A stretch of 5,674 bases of DNA from a virus, in IMG/VR virus record IMGVR_UViG_3300045988_037143, positions 1 to 5,674 of that record, one strand, 5' to 3'. Position 1 is the stretch's first letter. Each line of letters starts with the position of its first letter. Positions 4,078 to 5,674 of the stretch are shown piece after piece. The notes beneath the pieces were generated by a model. The model ran no database searches. It was not told the origin of the DNA and saw only the letters and a program-made list of their open reading frames with translations. The translations under genes and the position numbers were made by a program.

Positions 4078-5097
4078 TCAAAATACACCTTTGGCTTTGC
4101 TCATCTTTTTGGACATGGATGCTTCCTTGTCCTTTAGCTGCTCTGCGTATGACTTATCTGTTTCCGCGTTTCTTTCGATTAGGGACGCAATGGCTTTTTC
4201 CTGCCGATACTGTTTGATTCTCCACGCTTTTTCAGGGTTCTCCGCTTCCAGTTTTCGCCAGTAGTATTCCGGTATGGCTGCTCTCTTGCCGTTGGTAAGC
4301 TGTATGTATCCCTGCTGCCAGAGTCTCTCTTGATGGTCTCGGAACCATTGGTCTCCGAGTCCCGGCTTTCGGCTCATTGTGCAAAATGGTGGTATTAAAC
4401 CCATTTTTTGGAAACGCTTTTTGTCGTTGCCGTACAGCTTTTTAGTTACGTACCCTGCAACATAATTATATGTTTGTGGTACTGCTTGTGCGATGTCAAC
4501 TGTACCCTGCCCCCAGATTTTGACTAGCTTATCACTTGTGTAGTGACCGTGTCTTGATAGCTTATGGATTGGCTTTAAGTCGTCTGGGTGCCATCCGTAC
4601 AGTATCATGTGATAGTGTGGTCTCGCTGTGTTGTCTCCATACTCTCCGGCTAAAAAGTATCTCAGAGGCTCTTTGATGGCCTTTCTTAGCCTTTTAATAA
4701 AGAGCTGGGTATCCTCCACGCTCAATGTTTGCGTCGTTCTCGGACGCTCTGAGGTGCCTTTCCAGATATTTATGCCGCCTTTGTAGATTTCGCCTGTTTC
4801 TGTGTCTTGTGTTGGTACATGGTCATCGTCGTACGTTAGCGTGATAAACCAGACACTTTCTTTGTCGTATCCGTATGCTTCTAGCTCCATCCGCGTCGCC
4901 CAGTCTTTGCGTTTGCGCAGTCTGCACCCGGTACATTGTCCACATGGTATCAACATTACATCTTTGCGGTACATTAAATTTTCGTACGTCATTTTGGTCT
5001 TGTGTATCTCGTTAAAAGAGGCGAGTGAGTACACTCGCCCACTCGCCTCTCTGTCGTGAGGTACATAAAACCGAATTAACGGTTTATTGCATCCCAT
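4078..5097 (-). CDS. VP4: Replication initiation protein VP4 (339 aa), an HUH rolling-circle endonuclease
   Basis: The N-terminus MGCNKPLIRFYVP has the M-x-C-x-x-P-L form common in gokushovirus VP4. The CGQCTGC zinc-binding cluster is present. Motif I is FITLTY (residues 84-89). Motif II is HYH (residues 161-163, nt 4609-4617, verified). Motif III is YVAGYVTKK (residues 212-220, nt 4438-4464, verified), near-identical to phiX174 A protein YVAKYVNKK with its two catalytic Tyr. The ATG directly abuts the VP2 stop (TAAATG). Confidence 0.93.
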   Translation of the reverse strand: MGCNKPLIRFYVPHDREASGRVYSLASFNEIHKTKMTYENLMYRKDVMLIPCGQCTGCRLRKRKDWATRMELEAYGYDKESVWFITLTYDDDHVPTQDTETGEIYKGGINIWKGTSERPRTTQTLSVEDTQLFIKRLRKAIKEPLRYFLAGEYGDNTARPHYHMILYGWHPDDLKPIHKLSRHGHYTSDKLVKIWGQGTVDIAQAVPQTYNYVAGYVTKKLYGNDKKRFQKMGLIPPFCTMSRKPGLGDQWFRDHQERLWQQGYIQLTNGKRAAIPEYYWRKLEAENPEKAWRIKQYRQEKAIASLIERNAETDKSYAEQLKDKEASMSKKMSKAKGVF

Positions 5098-5674
5098 TTA
5101 TTTAAGTTTCCCTTTCCAATATTCGATGTTTTTGCTCCCGATGAAGTCTCTTCCCGGTTTGTAGTTGAGCTCATCTTTGGTCGGTTGTCTCCCTGCACCG
5201 CCGACGCCACTGTTTAGGTTGCTGAGGTCGTTGAAGACGTCCTTGAATGCATTAAACGCTTTGTCTGCGCTTGTGTGTGACCAGCTTGTAGCGTCTCCAA
5301 CCGCTTGTGCTGCGTTGTACCAGTTACTTTTGCTTTTGCTCCATGTGTTGTTGTGGTTCTGGCTTACTCCGAGTGCGCTTGCGGTCGCTGCACTGCTGCT
5401 TGCGAGGCCCATACTTGCCCCGCTGATAGTTCCCTGACTGCCGCCCGGTGTGCTTGCTCCGCCCTGTTGGTATGCTAAGATAGGGTTAATGCCTGCTTTT
5501 CGCATATCTTCCACGGCTCGCTGATAAGCTGTATTGCTCATTTGTTCTTGCCAAGCTCTGTTTTTGGCTGCTTCTGCGCTGTTGTAGGACATCGCCGCGT
5601 TGTTGCTTATCTGGTTATATACACCCTGAGTGATTGCCGCCATGGTGTTATAGCCCATTTGTTCGAACATGCTT
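5098..5674 (-). CDS. VP2: VP2 minor capsid / pilot protein, C-terminal part. Continues upstream across the circular junction to the ATG at 346.
   Basis: The 190-aa track ORF (MFEQMGYNTMAAITQGVYNQ...GGASTPGGSQGTISGASMGLASSSAATASALG...) is open to the window edge and in frame with 78..346. It has a Gly/Ser/Ala-rich low-complexity core typical of VP2. Its TAA is adjacent to the VP4 ATG. Confidence 0.85.
   Translation of the reverse strand, partial: SMFEQMGYNTMAAITQGVYNQISNNAAMSYNSAEAAKNRAWQEQMSNTAYQRAVEDMRKAGINPILAYQQGGASTPGGSQGTISGASMGLASSSAATASALGVSQNHNNTWSKSKSNWYNAAQAVGDATSWSHTSADKAFNAFKDVFNDLSNLNSGVGGAGRQPTKDELNYKPGRDFIGSKNIEYWKGKLK
5598..5674. repeat. Second copy of the terminal redundancy (identical to 1-77)
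   Basis: See the 1-77 feature. Confidence 0.9.

Noticed and set aside
4064-5437. Plus-strand ORFs 4064..4264, 4802..5059 and 5165..5437 (the last with an LLLLLL run)
   Set aside because: Antisense to VP4 and VP2. The 5165..5437 product is an Ala/Leu low-complexity reading of the antisense of the Gly/Ser-rich VP2 segment.

Overview
The window is a complete circular ssDNA microvirus (Microviridae) genome, most like a gokushovirus, assembled with a 77-nt terminal overlap (1-77 is identical to 5598-5674). The non-redundant unit is 5597 nt. All convincing genes are on the minus strand. Going 5'->3' on the minus strand the order is: consensus sigma70 promoter (3592-3620); a 58-aa Cys-rich small protein; a strong intrinsic terminator; several small ORFs including a 35-aa single-pass membrane peptide; a VP3-like acidic protein; the VP1 major capsid protein (546 aa); a hairpin; the VP2 pilot/minor capsid protein (281 aa, wraps across the coordinate origin); the VP4 rolling-circle replication initiator (339 aa; HUH motif HYH and phiX-A-like YVAGYVTKK); and a terminator hairpin. 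A highly structured non-coding region of about 510 nt follows (3566-4077), unusually large for a microvirus. It contains a GC-rich nested stem-loop, three pairs of TTCAACA direct repeats, an (AAT)n tract, and an 18-bp alternating purine/pyrimidine hairpin. The plus-strand ORFs in the track are antisense shadows and are not called.
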